A stretch of DNA of 64,000 nucleotides from Calditrichia bacterium. Lineage in GTDB: Bacteria > Calditrichota > Calditrichia > RBG-13-44-9 > J075. The translations under genes were made by a program, and so were the position numbers. Location: positions 396,985-460,984 of the forward strand of contig JBOEGD010000011.1 in assembly GCA_050633245.1 (NCBI GenBank), in the 5' to 3' direction. Under the pieces are notes generated by a model. It was given only the letters and a program-made list of their open reading frames with translations, was not told the DNA's origin and made no database searches. Shown one piece after another: positions 49,748-59,113 of this stretch. The number at the start of each line of letters is the position of its first letter. The first letter of the stretch is position 1.

Positions 49748-50912
49748 CCTTAAACGCCTGCTCAAGATCCTGAAGCAGATCATCCACATTTTCAATCCCT
49801 ACCGACAATCGAATTAATCCATCGGCAAGACCAATGCGCTCACGTTCTTCAACAGGAACCGATGCATGTGTCATTAAAGCAGGTAATTCGATAAGAGACT
49901 CAACGCCACCCAGACTTTCAGCGAGAGCAAAATATTCCGTTGCCTCAGTGAAACGCTTGGCCCCATCAAGGTCTGCATCCAGTTCGAAGGAAACCATTCC
50001 ACCAAAGCCATGCATTTGCTCTTTTGCCAACTTATGCTGAGGATGACTTTCCAGCCCCGGATAAATAACGCGATTTACCTGAGCATGATCTTCCAGATAG
50101 CGGGCAATTTGCATCGCGTTCGATTCGTGCTGCCTCATACGAACCGCAAGCGTTTTTGTACCACGTGAAAGCAAATAGCTGTCAAAAGGAGAAAGCATTG
50201 TTCCCGCAGCGTTCTGCGTAAACTTCAGCTTCTCATACAGATCTTCAGTGGAGGTCATGAGTGCACCACCAACGCTATCACTATGTCCGTTCATATATTT
50301 AGTCGTACTGTGCATAACAATGTCTGCACCCAGCTCAAGTGGACGCTGAAAATAGGCACTCATAAATGTATTGTCTACTGCGACCAGAACATCGCGCTTA
50401 TGCGCAATCTCAGAGATAGCTGCAATATCACAAAGTTTTAGCAGGGGGTTGGTTGGTGTTTCCAGCCAGATAAGCTTGGTATTGTCTTGAATAGCCTCTT
50501 CAACGAGAAGAGGCTCGCGTGCATCGACAAAACTAAAGCTGACATCGAATCGCTCTTCAAAAACGCGTGAGAAAAGCCTTCGTGATCCACCATAGAGATC
50601 ATCAAATGCAACCACATGATCCCCCGCTTTTAGCAGTGCCAAGATAACGGTCGTCTCAGAAGCGAGTCCACAGGCGAAAGCCAGGCCGTATTTTGCATTC
50701 TCCAATGCAGCAAGACGTTTCTCGACTGCGTCTCGGGTCGGATTGCCGGATCGAGAATATTCATAGCCTGCTGTCGGCACATCAATATCTTTTCGTGCAA
50801 AAGTCGAGGACAAATGAATTGGAACAGAGACATCGCCTGATCCGCCGTCTTTTAAGTTTGGCTTTTCACCAGCGTGAATTGCGCGAGTTTCAAATTTCAT
50901 AGATTTCGACAT
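49716..50912 (-). CDS. Cystathionine gamma-lyase/synthase (Cys/Met PLP enzyme)
   Basis: YEYSRSGNPTR, ETPTNP, VDNTF, HSTTKYMNGHSD, AESLGGVESL, RLSVGIE; start ATG 50912 with GGAG RBS. Confidence 0.92.
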   Translation of the reverse strand: MSKSMKFETRAIHAGEKPNLKDGGSGDVSVPIHLSSTFARKDIDVPTAGYEYSRSGNPTRDAVEKRLAALENAKYGLAFACGLASETTVILALLKAGDHVVAFDDLYGGSRRLFSRVFEERFDVSFSFVDAREPLLVEEAIQDNTKLIWLETPTNPLLKLCDIAAISEIAHKRDVLVAVDNTFMSAYFQRPLELGADIVMHSTTKYMNGHSDSVGGALMTSTEDLYEKLKFTQNAAGTMLSPFDSYLLSRGTKTLAVRMRQHESNAMQIARYLEDHAQVNRVIYPGLESHPQHKLAKEQMHGFGGMVSFELDADLDGAKRFTEATEYFALAESLGGVESLIELPALMTHASVPVEERERIGLADGLIRLSVGIENVDDLLQDLEQAFKVIRARESVLQ

Positions 50913-50956
50913 AAAGTTCTCCAAGCGATCCAAATCGCCTTATTTTGTGATTTAGA

Positions 50957-51934
50957 CTATTTTAATGGAAAATTATTTTCATCCATCCAGGCATTATTAA
51001 ACACTTTGCTCAAATAGCGACCACCTGAATCGGGAAGAACAACAACAATGTTTTTATCTTTTGGTAAGTCTGCAGCAACCTGAATAGCCCCCCAGACAGC
51101 ACTTCCGGAGGATCCTCCGGCAAACAGGCCTTCTTCATTGCATAAACGTCGCGCCATTGCAAAGGAAACTTCGTCGTTAACCTGTATAATATCGTCGATT
51201 ACGTCAAAATCAACTGCCTTTACCAGATAATCTTCACCAATTCCCTCGACCTTATAAGTATGTGGTTCAGGTAGTTTTCCACTCTTGAAATAGTCATAAA
51301 AGACAGAACCAATGGGATCGATGGCAACAACCTTAATGTTGGGATTTTTCTCTTTCAGGAACCGCGCAACGCCGCTTAATGTGCCTCCAGTACCGATTCC
51401 GGCAACAAACATATCAATTTCTCCGTCCATTTGCTCCCAAATTTCAGGCGCAGTAGTGCGGTAATGTGCTTCTATGTTCATCGGGTTATTATACTGGTCG
51501 GGGTAGAAGGAGTCTGGCGTTTCGCCTGCAATACGCCTTGCGGTGCTGTAGTAACTCTCCGGGGATTCAGCCGGTACGTCCGTACGTGTTACAACAACCT
51601 TGGTACCAAATGCACGCATCAAATCCTGTTTTTCATCAGACATTTTATCCGGCATAGTAATAATGCAGTCATAGCCCTTAATAGCAGCAATCATAGACAT
51701 TGCGGTGCCGGTATTTCCGGAAGAATTTTCAACGATTGTCCCGTCCGGCTTCAACAAGCCACGTTTTTCCGCATCTTCAATGATAAACTTGGCCATACGA
51801 TCTTTTGTGCTGCCAGAAGGGTTTAAAAACTCGCACTTGGCGTAAATGTTGGGCTTTACATCAGCTGTAACGCTGTTTAAACGAACTAACGGAGTGTTGC
51901 CGATAGCATCAAGAATATTGTTGACTTTTTTCAT
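50957..51934 (-). CDS. Cystathionine beta-synthase / cysteine synthase family (catalytic domain only)
   Basis: IGNTPLV, KCEFLNPSGSTKDR, SSGNTG, MPDKMSDEK, DQYNNP, GIGTGGT, YKVEGIG, RYLSK; start ATG 51934. Confidence 0.9.
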   Translation of the reverse strand: MKKVNNILDAIGNTPLVRLNSVTADVKPNIYAKCEFLNPSGSTKDRMAKFIIEDAEKRGLLKPDGTIVENSSGNTGTAMSMIAAIKGYDCIITMPDKMSDEKQDLMRAFGTKVVVTRTDVPAESPESYYSTARRIAGETPDSFYPDQYNNPMNIEAHYRTTAPEIWEQMDGEIDMFVAGIGTGGTLSGVARFLKEKNPNIKVVAIDPIGSVFYDYFKSGKLPEPHTYKVEGIGEDYLVKAVDFDVIDDIIQVNDEVSFAMARRLCNEEGLFAGGSSGSAVWGAIQVAADLPKDKNIVVVLPDSGGRYLSKVFNNAWMDENNFPLK

Positions 51935-52310
51935 GTATGTTCTCCAGGTTTGTTTCATATAGGAGTGTCCAATAGAATTATCGAACGGCGTAAAATAAAA
52001 TGTTGTGGCGAAAAATAAAAACACATTAAAAGATTGTTAAGGCAACAATAAGAGGGGAGTGGTTGAAAAGTTTTGAATGGTAATCGGCCACTTTTTATTA
52101 ACAACCAAACTGAGCCTTCAAATTTTCACACTAATCCCTCCTTCTGATAAAGGTATTTATTTACTTGAGAGCAACCCTCGCAGTACGTCGAAAACGATTG
52201 TAGCTAAGGACAAGGGAACTAACGAGAGCCAGAATGAGGGGATATACTCGGTGGCATGAAATTTGGGAATGCAGGCCTAATGAAGAAGGGGGAAGTAAAT
52301 CAAATACGTA

Positions 52311-52338
52311 ACTTTACATAATATATATTATATTAATA
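52311..52338 (-). other. dif: dif-like XerC/XerD recombination site
   Basis: Minus strand TATTAATATAA-TATATA-TTATGTAAAGT; 11-6-11 layout; spacer identical to and XerD arm one base from B. subtilis dif (TATATA-TTATGTAAACT); lies in a long non-coding gap. Confidence 0.75.
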
Positions 52339-52827
52339 ATTTAGTGGGCACGTTTTTAGGCGCTTTGCAGGCTTTTCTTCGTTTTTACCACTTCCGGCTC
52401 TTATTCTGACCATATATTGCTTATACAGTGACAATTGTGAACGACTTCATTACGCGATCGATTCTTTATAGCTCCACAAACTTTCGCGCCTTTATTTAAG
52501 CAATGTTGCAATGCCTTCTTACACATCAACAACTTATTTTGTCCACCAGGCTGCGTTAAAATTATTTTAGCATACATCTAAGTATGCCTAAATTTTATTA
52601 CTCTCTCCTAACGCACAAATTTGTTTGCAAATTTCGCCGCTATAACTCCGATTGTCGACAACAGTCAAAGTTTAGCTAAATGTTCGATACTAGGTTTACA
52701 AGAGATTTATCCGCTTGCTCGTGGATGGTTTCTATCTCCAAACACAAGGGCGTAATATACAAAGGAATTACAGCAAAAATTCGCCCCAAAAAGCTTAGTA
52801 ATGGTTTTGTTAAATGCGACCAATTAG

Positions 52828-52848
52828 GCAGTGCAAATTTTGCACTGC
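52828..52848. terminator. Palindrome downstream of the DUF1801 gene
   Basis: GCAGTGCAAA-T-TTTGCACTGC. Confidence 0.5.
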
Positions 52849-52872
52849 AATAATCTTTGATTTAATTCCCAT

Positions 52873-53250
52873 TTAGCAATCAAACTCCTCACCATTTTTC
52901 CACATCTCAAGCACCCTTTGGATAAGCCGATCAATTTCCGTGTCGAACACCGAAAGAGTTTTCTTAAATCTAATACAAACCTTACCGGTATCGAGTCCCT
53001 CAGTCCAGCGCCCTTCAGGATCGATCTTACTTAGATCACCGACATACAGACTGACATAATCCTGCTGAGCATTCAGATGAAAGACAACACCTCGTTCATC
53101 TTTATAGCCCAACATCTTATGATTTATGATTTCGTCCAGATACGTACCATTAGATAAGATTATTCTTCTTAACTGCTCAATCTTCTCGCGTTTCCAATCT
53201 TCTTCAACCATGTTCATATATTCTTCGGGTGTTTTTGGATCATACTGCAT
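52873..53250 (-). CDS. DUF1801 (YdhG-like) protein
   Basis: TPEEY...LRRII...MLGY...AQQDYVSLY...GKVCIRFKK. Confidence 0.8.
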   Translation of the reverse strand: MQYDPKTPEEYMNMVEEDWKREKIEQLRRIILSNGTYLDEIINHKMLGYKDERGVVFHLNAQQDYVSLYVGDLSKIDPEGRWTEGLDTGKVCIRFKKTLSVFDTEIDRLIQRVLEMWKNGEEFDC

Positions 53251-53719
53251 ATCAAAACTCCAGGTGATGGGTGAGTTCAGCGATGTCTAATAATTTTTAC
53301 CTACATTTTTTTGGCGTATTTTAGACCTGATGCGACAACTTACACATAAAGCTCGGATCCAACGTGACCGTGACCATGTTCTGAGTGAGAAAATATAAGC
53401 GCTCCCCTACTCTTCATTATAGTCGTCATATTGCAACACATCCATAACCTGCTCCATAATGAGATATTTTTAACGTTATTCAAGTGTTTTTCAGCAATGT
53501 GTCTCTACAGTTAACTACTTTTGTCCATCGTGTAAATGCTAACGACTTCACGTGCCGTCAGAATATTCCATAGTATGCAATCTCTGACCACAATTATTAT
53601 GTCGGCCCTTGCGAAAGCTTCCCTCATTGGTATATTTAAAGTTGAGCCTACAAGATGGACACTTTTCGCCAAAGCGTATTTAGTTTCTGATCAAACATTG
53701 CTTAGAGGATTCCTTCATT

Positions 53720-53989
53720 ATGAACAGAGAAAAAGAAACAGCAATCAATAAAGCTGCACTGAATGATTTTGCGCTGATGCTGGCCGTCATCGATCGGCCG
53801 CCACTTGCCTATAATATTTTTGACAAGCGCACTTACAATTCAGCATTTCATTTTCTGCTCAGTGAGAGCATAACAGAACCTAGCCATGAAGCGATAGCTG
53901 ACATGCTGCGCAGACATAGCTTCAATGAAGACTGGATACCGGGACTATTGCAACTTTTTGAGGAATACAAAGTTGGCGGCAACCTGTAG
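53720..53989 (+). CDS. Hypothetical protein
   Basis: 89-aa ORF with AGAGGA RBS; no family recognised. Confidence 0.5.
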   Translation: MNREKETAINKAALNDFALMLAVIDRPPLAYNIFDKRTYNSAFHFLLSESITEPSHEAIADMLRRHSFNEDWIPGLLQLFEEYKVGGNL

Positions 53990-54010
53990 AGTATCTCCCC
54001 TGCCCTATTC

Positions 54011-54634
54011 TCACTTCGCGCCGAATGAAAATTTGTAGCCAACACCAAGACTGAAAAATGTTGCATTAAAGGCTGGCTCTAAATCAAAAAAACCTTCCCC
54101 AAATTCGAACCGCTCACTATTTGTAAGAATCAGATTCCATTGCAAGAACAATACAAGTGCAGCTGTTTTGGAAAGTTCAATATCCGTGCCAGCGGCGGCA
54201 TTAAACCCAACAAGTGCTTTAGACGCTGTAATGTCCTCGTCTTGTTGGTCGCGGGTAATGCGAACAAAATTTGCACCCAACCCCGCAGAAATGAACGGCA
54301 CTGCACGCGCCCCCGGTCGAATATAGTGCGTGTAGCTAAAACCCAATGGAATGAATGCGACTGAAAAATTACGATTTGAGATCATTTCCTTTTGAGAGAG
54401 TCTATAGTAGCCCAGCTTTACACCGAAACCGGATTCGGGAGTAAAGCGCCGAGCCAACTCAACCTGAACACTAAATCCTTTACCGGCATTGCCACCACCC
54501 TCGAATACATCCTCATCGGCAAATTGCCCAAACGGAAATTCACCTCCTGCTAAAACAGAAAAACTGTTTTGGGACTGCCCATACAGTCCACAAGTAATCA
54601 AGCAAATTAGTAAAACAAAGCGATAATACATCAT
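54011..54634 (-). CDS. Outer membrane beta-barrel protein (8-strand OmpA/OmpW-like)
   Basis: Signal peptide, amphipathic strands, PFISAGLG, C-terminal LGVGYKFSF. Confidence 0.8.
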   Translation of the reverse strand: MMYYRFVLLICLITCGLYGQSQNSFSVLAGGEFPFGQFADEDVFEGGGNAGKGFSVQVELARRFTPESGFGVKLGYYRLSQKEMISNRNFSVAFIPLGFSYTHYIRPGARAVPFISAGLGANFVRITRDQQDEDITASKALVGFNAAAGTDIELSKTAALVLFLQWNLILTNSERFEFGEGFFDLEPAFNATFFSLGVGYKFSFGAK

Positions 54635-54660
54635 CCTCCCCCGCTTTTAAATTCTTACTT

Positions 54661-55077
54661 TTAGGTCATTTTCGAACGCAACTCTTTGCGTATTACCAGC
54701 TTCAGTCCTGACCATGTTTCATCCACCGCACAAACTTTTATATCTACGAGCCCCATTGGCAAAGCGATCGCGCGAATGGTATCCTCATATATATCAGTTT
54801 GAACGTTCGATGCTTTCTTTGGCCAAGACAGCCAGATCATGGCATCCTGCTTAATTTTCTGCATATATATTGGTAGATTTTTCTCCATCTCGGATCGCTT
54901 TTTTGTAAAGAAGTGAATCATATCGAGCTCTCTTCCAACACGCTGTAGCTGCATAACGCCGTCTGGAATTGGTGAAATAAGCTCGGTATAATTGTCCGGT
55001 GCGTTCTTTACATATATCTTGAAGCCGGGCTTTATACCAAGTTTTTTATATAGCGGTGTTCCGGAGTATCCGGGCAT
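54661..55077 (-). CDS. DUF3052-family protein
   Basis: GYSGTPLYKKLGIK, WLSWPKKAS, GLVDIKVCAVDETWSGLKLV. Confidence 0.85.
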   Translation of the reverse strand: MPGYSGTPLYKKLGIKPGFKIYVKNAPDNYTELISPIPDGVMQLQRVGRELDMIHFFTKKRSEMEKNLPIYMQKIKQDAMIWLSWPKKASNVQTDIYEDTIRAIALPMGLVDIKVCAVDETWSGLKLVIRKELRSKMT

Positions 55078-55097
55078 TAGTCAATTCCTTTGTTGCA

Positions 55098-56765
55098 TCA
55101 ACGGATAAGCAACATTTTTCTGCTCTGATCAAAGTGATTTCCAATAATTAATCGATAGATATACACCCCACTCGGCATTAAAGCTCCTGCGTTGTTCTTG
55201 CTATCCCATTCTATTTCATAGCTTCCCGCACTTTGTATTTGATTCACCAAGTCTCGCACCGGCTTTCCAAGGACATCGTATATTGCAACGCGTATCAAGT
55301 TGTTTGTGTTCGTAAAAGAAACCTCCCAACGAATCGTTGTCGTCGGATTAAACGGGTTGGGATAATTCTGTTCAAGCAGTGCGCTAGCCGGAATTCGTTG
55401 CCTCTGCGGATCAATCGATACATCCATTGGGTGAAAGCGGTATAGCTTTCCAGCGTTAAGAACGTTTCCTACATGCTCCCGGTAAGCACTAATAATTATA
55501 TCAAAGTCACCTGCATGTCCAGGATTCCAATCGCCGCTAAGACCAAAGCCAAACAGACCTTCGAACTGTGGATTTGGTGAGGCCAGAGAGTCCAGTATTG
55601 AACCGTCGGCTCCGTTTATCAGGAATGCCATACCAGCATTGACAGTTGCACCAACGTCATCGAACGGGGCCCCAATCAACAGGTCATTCTTATTATCTCC
55701 GGTAATATCTCCAACAGATGAAATTGAGCGGCTAAACCAGTCCACAAAATCGGGTGTTGGTGGGTTAATCTCATAGAGCAAATTGCCACTGACACCACTG
55801 AAGACATAAGCCCTGCCAGACTGTGCAACACCACCAGATGCTTCTTCACTGCCAACAGCGATGTCCGGTGTGCCATCATTGTCGATATCACCAGCATCAG
55901 TAACCGACCAGCCAAACTGTCCATTGACCGCCGGATTAGTGCTTTCCAATGCATAAATCAGCGTCCCGTTCAACCCGCTGTGAACATAGACTCGACCAGC
56001 ACGAGAGAGCGTATCAGATGCCTCGTCGGCGCCTATAAGCAAATCACTAATACCATCTGAGTTCACATCACGGATTGATTCCATTGCGATGCTAAACAAG
56101 CCGTTTTCATTTGGGGTTGCTGAATTGATAGAATAGATAAATGCGCCATCGAAACCGCTAAACACATAGACGCGTCCGGATGCAGGCGCTCCCGCTGATT
56201 CACTACTACCAACGGCAAAATCATCATATCCGTCGTTGTTGATATCACTAAGACCGCTGAGCGTTCGGCTAAACCAAGCGAATTCCTCCGGAGCAGGGGA
56301 TTCTATGTCATATAAGAAAGCACCATTCGTTCCGTTAAAAGCATAAACCCGACCGGCGCCAGAGAAGCCGTTCACATCCTCCTGGCTTCCTATGAGGAGA
56401 TCGGCTACACCGTCATTAGTCAAATCTGCAGCCGCCAACGTAAAACCAAAGGTGCCGAAAAGCTGAGGGTTTGGTGTATCCAACGCATAAATTTCACTAC
56501 CATCCTGCCCACTTATTATATAAACACGTCCAACGAAATTCGTTCCACCGACATTTTCCGAGGAAGCGCCAACCAGCAAATCTGCAGAGCCATCACCGTT
56601 TACGTCTCCAATGGCGGCAATTGAACGACCAAAACCGGCGGACTGCTGGGGATTTGTTGGAGGGAGCTCGGTAATTGTAAATTGCGCCAGAACTGGTAGC
56701 ACAATGATACTGGTAAGAAACAAATAGGTCTGCACTGAACACCAAAATTGTCGTGAGCTTTTCAT
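55098..56765 (-). CDS. Secreted FG-GAP (integrin-alpha-like beta-propeller) protein with FlgD-Ig/T9SS-like C-terminal domain
   Basis: Seven F(G/S)...D(V/I)xxDGxxDLL(V/I)G...GR(V/A)Y repeats; C-terminal LEQNYPNPFNPTT...SGVYIYRL...KMLLIR; start ATG 56765. Confidence 0.88.
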   Translation of the reverse strand: MKSSRQFWCSVQTYLFLTSIIVLPVLAQFTITELPPTNPQQSAGFGRSIAAIGDVNGDGSADLLVGASSENVGGTNFVGRVYIISGQDGSEIYALDTPNPQLFGTFGFTLAAADLTNDGVADLLIGSQEDVNGFSGAGRVYAFNGTNGAFLYDIESPAPEEFAWFSRTLSGLSDINNDGYDDFAVGSSESAGAPASGRVYVFSGFDGAFIYSINSATPNENGLFSIAMESIRDVNSDGISDLLIGADEASDTLSRAGRVYVHSGLNGTLIYALESTNPAVNGQFGWSVTDAGDIDNDGTPDIAVGSEEASGGVAQSGRAYVFSGVSGNLLYEINPPTPDFVDWFSRSISSVGDITGDNKNDLLIGAPFDDVGATVNAGMAFLINGADGSILDSLASPNPQFEGLFGFGLSGDWNPGHAGDFDIIISAYREHVGNVLNAGKLYRFHPMDVSIDPQRQRIPASALLEQNYPNPFNPTTTIRWEVSFTNTNNLIRVAIYDVLGKPVRDLVNQIQSAGSYEIEWDSKNNAGALMPSGVYIYRLIIGNHFDQSRKMLLIR

Positions 56766-56883
56766 CGATTCTCCATCTTTTCCCGAAAACTTGTCGGGCA
56801 GGTTCTTATCACTCAATATTAGCGCTCAGTTTTTAGAGCTCATATCGAGTTCCTTTTTTGCCTCCGCTTCCAAAAAGCTAAAA

Positions 56884-57252
56884 TCATTCCAATCCTTGAT
56901 CCGACCACACAGCGAGCTGATTACCACCCGGCTCCACAAACTCAAAACGACGTCCGCCTGGAAAAGAGAAGGTCGGCTTGACGACCGTCCCGCCGGCATC
57001 TTCTACTTTTGCCAGTGTAGACTCGAGATCGGAGCTATAAAAAATAACCAGTGCACTCCCCAGCTCTGTCGAGGCTGCCTTATCAGACTTAAAAAAACCA
57101 CCATCAAGACCGGCATCACTTCGGGCGAAAGCAGTGTAATCCGGCCCATAATCGGTAAATTTCCAATCGAAAGCCGTCGTAAAAAACGATTTCGATGCAG
57201 CAACATCTTTTGTAGCAAATTCTACATAGTCAAGATTTTCATGCTCAGGCAT
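56884..57252 (-). CDS. VOC/glyoxalase family protein
   Basis: LDYVEF, FTDYGPDY, FPGGRRFEFVEPGGN. Confidence 0.9.
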   Translation of the reverse strand: MPEHENLDYVEFATKDVAASKSFFTTAFDWKFTDYGPDYTAFARSDAGLDGGFFKSDKAASTELGSALVIFYSSDLESTLAKVEDAGGTVVKPTFSFPGGRRFEFVEPGGNQLAVWSDQGLE

Positions 57253-57289
57253 TATTAACTCTCCATTTTAAATTTTTCAGTAATTTCAA

Positions 57290-57838
57290 CTATTCTCCAC
57301 TTCGATAGATAAGCAAAACACCTCTGCTCACTGCAACAAATTCACTGCTATTAGTCGTTCGAATTGACAGTGTCAAATCGACCTCCCGCTGCGGCAATGA
57401 TGATAGAATATTACCGCTCTGTACCCATTCACTGGTTCCGGCACTTGAGATCATATCTGATCCGGCAATTTTTAATGTATCGGTTGCATTATAGAGACTT
57501 GATATTGCCTGTACGGCCGGATTGTTGGAATCAAGAAGGGTAACAACGACAACAGAATCGACATCTACATAATTACGAATGTCAAAGTTAACAATATATC
57601 GGTTTGGCCCCAAAATTCGATCCGACGTGCTGTTTGTTGAACTCCCGCCAAAGAAATCAAACTCCAAGCGAATTTGTCGATCGCTACTGCCCGGATCCCC
57701 TTGAGGGCCCGGATCCCCCTGAGCTCCAACCTCGCCATTGGCACCATTTTCCCCCGCAGCGCCTTGTGGTCCTATCGGACCTTCACAAGCAGCAAATACA
57801 ATTACTACCAAAAGCATAACAATATTAAAGTATTTCAT
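57290..57838 (-). CDS. Collagen-like (G-X-Y repeat) lipoprotein
   Basis: Lipobox FAAC followed by about 10 G-X-Y triplets; start ATG 57838 with GGAGG RBS. Confidence 0.8.
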   Translation of the reverse strand: MKYFNIVMLLVVIVFAACEGPIGPQGAAGENGANGEVGAQGDPGPQGDPGSSDRQIRLEFDFFGGSSTNSTSDRILGPNRYIVNFDIRNYVDVDSVVVVTLLDSNNPAVQAISSLYNATDTLKIAGSDMISSAGTSEWVQSGNILSSLPQREVDLTLSIRTTNSSEFVAVSRGVLLIYRSGE

Positions 57839-57901
57839 TCTTCCTCCGTTACTCAACTCTCTATTTATTTTGAAAAGCTCAACGATTCTCCATAACCTTT
57901 A

Positions 57902-58573
57902 TCAACCTCGCTGAACCCCGTCCTCTCGGTCAGGTTTCATTAAAACATTAAATGTTAAATAAACAATAAGTAGAAATGCAGTAAACAATATCGTAACACC
58001 AAAGGTCTTTGGATGCGCTCCGGGGTTTAACAAACGGTCTGCGATATCGAAGAATAAGCCCTCTGGCTGCGACAAAACGTCCCAGCTGTTCCAACGTAAA
58101 TAGCGACCGAGATATATCCCAAAGCTACTCAGTCCCAAAGAACCTATGACGCAAATCCACCCTGTAATAACACCAATTCGCTTTTGCACAAATATTTGTA
58201 TCTGCTTTAAAGAAAGAAATCCCAGGAACAGACCGTTCCAGGCAAAGGAGGTAATCAGAATAAGATCATACCATAACGGAATATTAACACGCTTACGCAA
58301 GTGAAACAAATCAGTCAGGATGTATGGTGCATTTGGGAAGAAAAGTAGCCATCCGACAAATAATCCACCTAGAATAATCCTGGAACGCGTCTTAGACTCC
58401 AGAGCAATAAGCATGCTGCTAAAAAGCAGTGGAATTGCTGCGAGAAAAAGGTTCCATACGAAAAACAGAAAGGTTCTGGTACCTGACAAATACACTCTAA
58501 AATAAAGTAGCGTAAAGCTCAGCAAAACAGAAAGACAAATTACTCCAATTAGTTCGGCATGCTTTTTCACCAT
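57902..58573 (-). CDS. DUF1361 membrane protein
   Basis: WNLFLAAIP, WLLFFPNAPYILTDLFHL, GIYLGRYLRWNSWD. Confidence 0.9.
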   Translation of the reverse strand: MVKKHAELIGVICLSVLLSFTLLYFRVYLSGTRTFLFFVWNLFLAAIPLLFSSMLIALESKTRSRIILGGLFVGWLLFFPNAPYILTDLFHLRKRVNIPLWYDLILITSFAWNGLFLGFLSLKQIQIFVQKRIGVITGWICVIGSLGLSSFGIYLGRYLRWNSWDVLSQPEGLFFDIADRLLNPGAHPKTFGVTILFTAFLLIVYLTFNVLMKPDREDGVQRG

Positions 58574-58717
58574 GTATCTCCCCTACCCTGGCCATTAGTG
58601 AGAATAGTTCAAACAACAATTGCGTGAGTTTCATTAAATAACGACAAAACTTCCAGAGCATTGCAAGTACTTATTGTCCTCTTTCGAACAACTTCTGAAT
58701 GAAATTGACAATTTTTA

Positions 58718-58765
58718 TTGACATACCTTGAAGTTCTATGTATAATACCTAGAGAATCTATGCAT
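58718..58765 (+). promoter_or_regulatory. Consensus sigma70 promoter overlapped by two tandem imperfect palindromes (putative PadR operators)
   Basis: TTGACA(58718)-17 bp-TATAAT(58741); ATACCTTGAAGTTCTATGTAT (58723-58743) and ATACCTAGAGAATCTATGCAT (58745-58765). Confidence 0.75.
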
Positions 58766-58784
58766 CAAGACAGGAAAAACGAAA

Positions 58785-59111
58785 ATGCCTTTTTCAAAAG
58801 ACTTTATTGCTGCGTCATCGGTGCCCATCATCCTGTCTATTCTGGAGCATGGTGACAGCTATGGCTACGCGATTATTCAAAATGTAAGAGAGATATCCGG
58901 CGGTGAGCTGGAATGGTCTGATGGCATGCTTTATCCAGTATTGCATCGGTTAGAGAAAAAGGGCTTAATCAGCTCCTACTGGGGACAGTCTAACAGCGGG
59001 AGAAAAAGAAAGTATTACAAGCTTGAGCAAGCCGGAAGTACAGAATTAGGTGTTCAGCTCGCCAACTGGAAACGCCTGCACGAGATCTTACTAAATATGG
59101 AGAGCAAATAG
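58785..59111 (+). CDS. PadR family transcriptional regulator
   Basis: ILSIL...SYGYAI...GMLYPVLHRLE...GRKRKYY. Confidence 0.93.
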   Translation: MPFSKDFIAASSVPIILSILEHGDSYGYAIIQNVREISGGELEWSDGMLYPVLHRLEKKGLISSYWGQSNSGRKRKYYKLEQAGSTELGVQLANWKRLHEILLNMESK

Positions 59112-59113
59112 AC

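Noticed and set aside
52030-52160. SAM-I riboswitch upstream of the CBS/CGL pair
   Set aside because: Minus strand has TTATCAGAAGGAGGGA, superficially like the S-box start, but lacks the GCAACC, GUGC.AA and closing GAU elements
52077-52259. 60-aa ORF next to the dif-like site; also 41316-41507 and 53536-53751
   Set aside because: Short, no recognisable motifs or clear RBS; likely spurious
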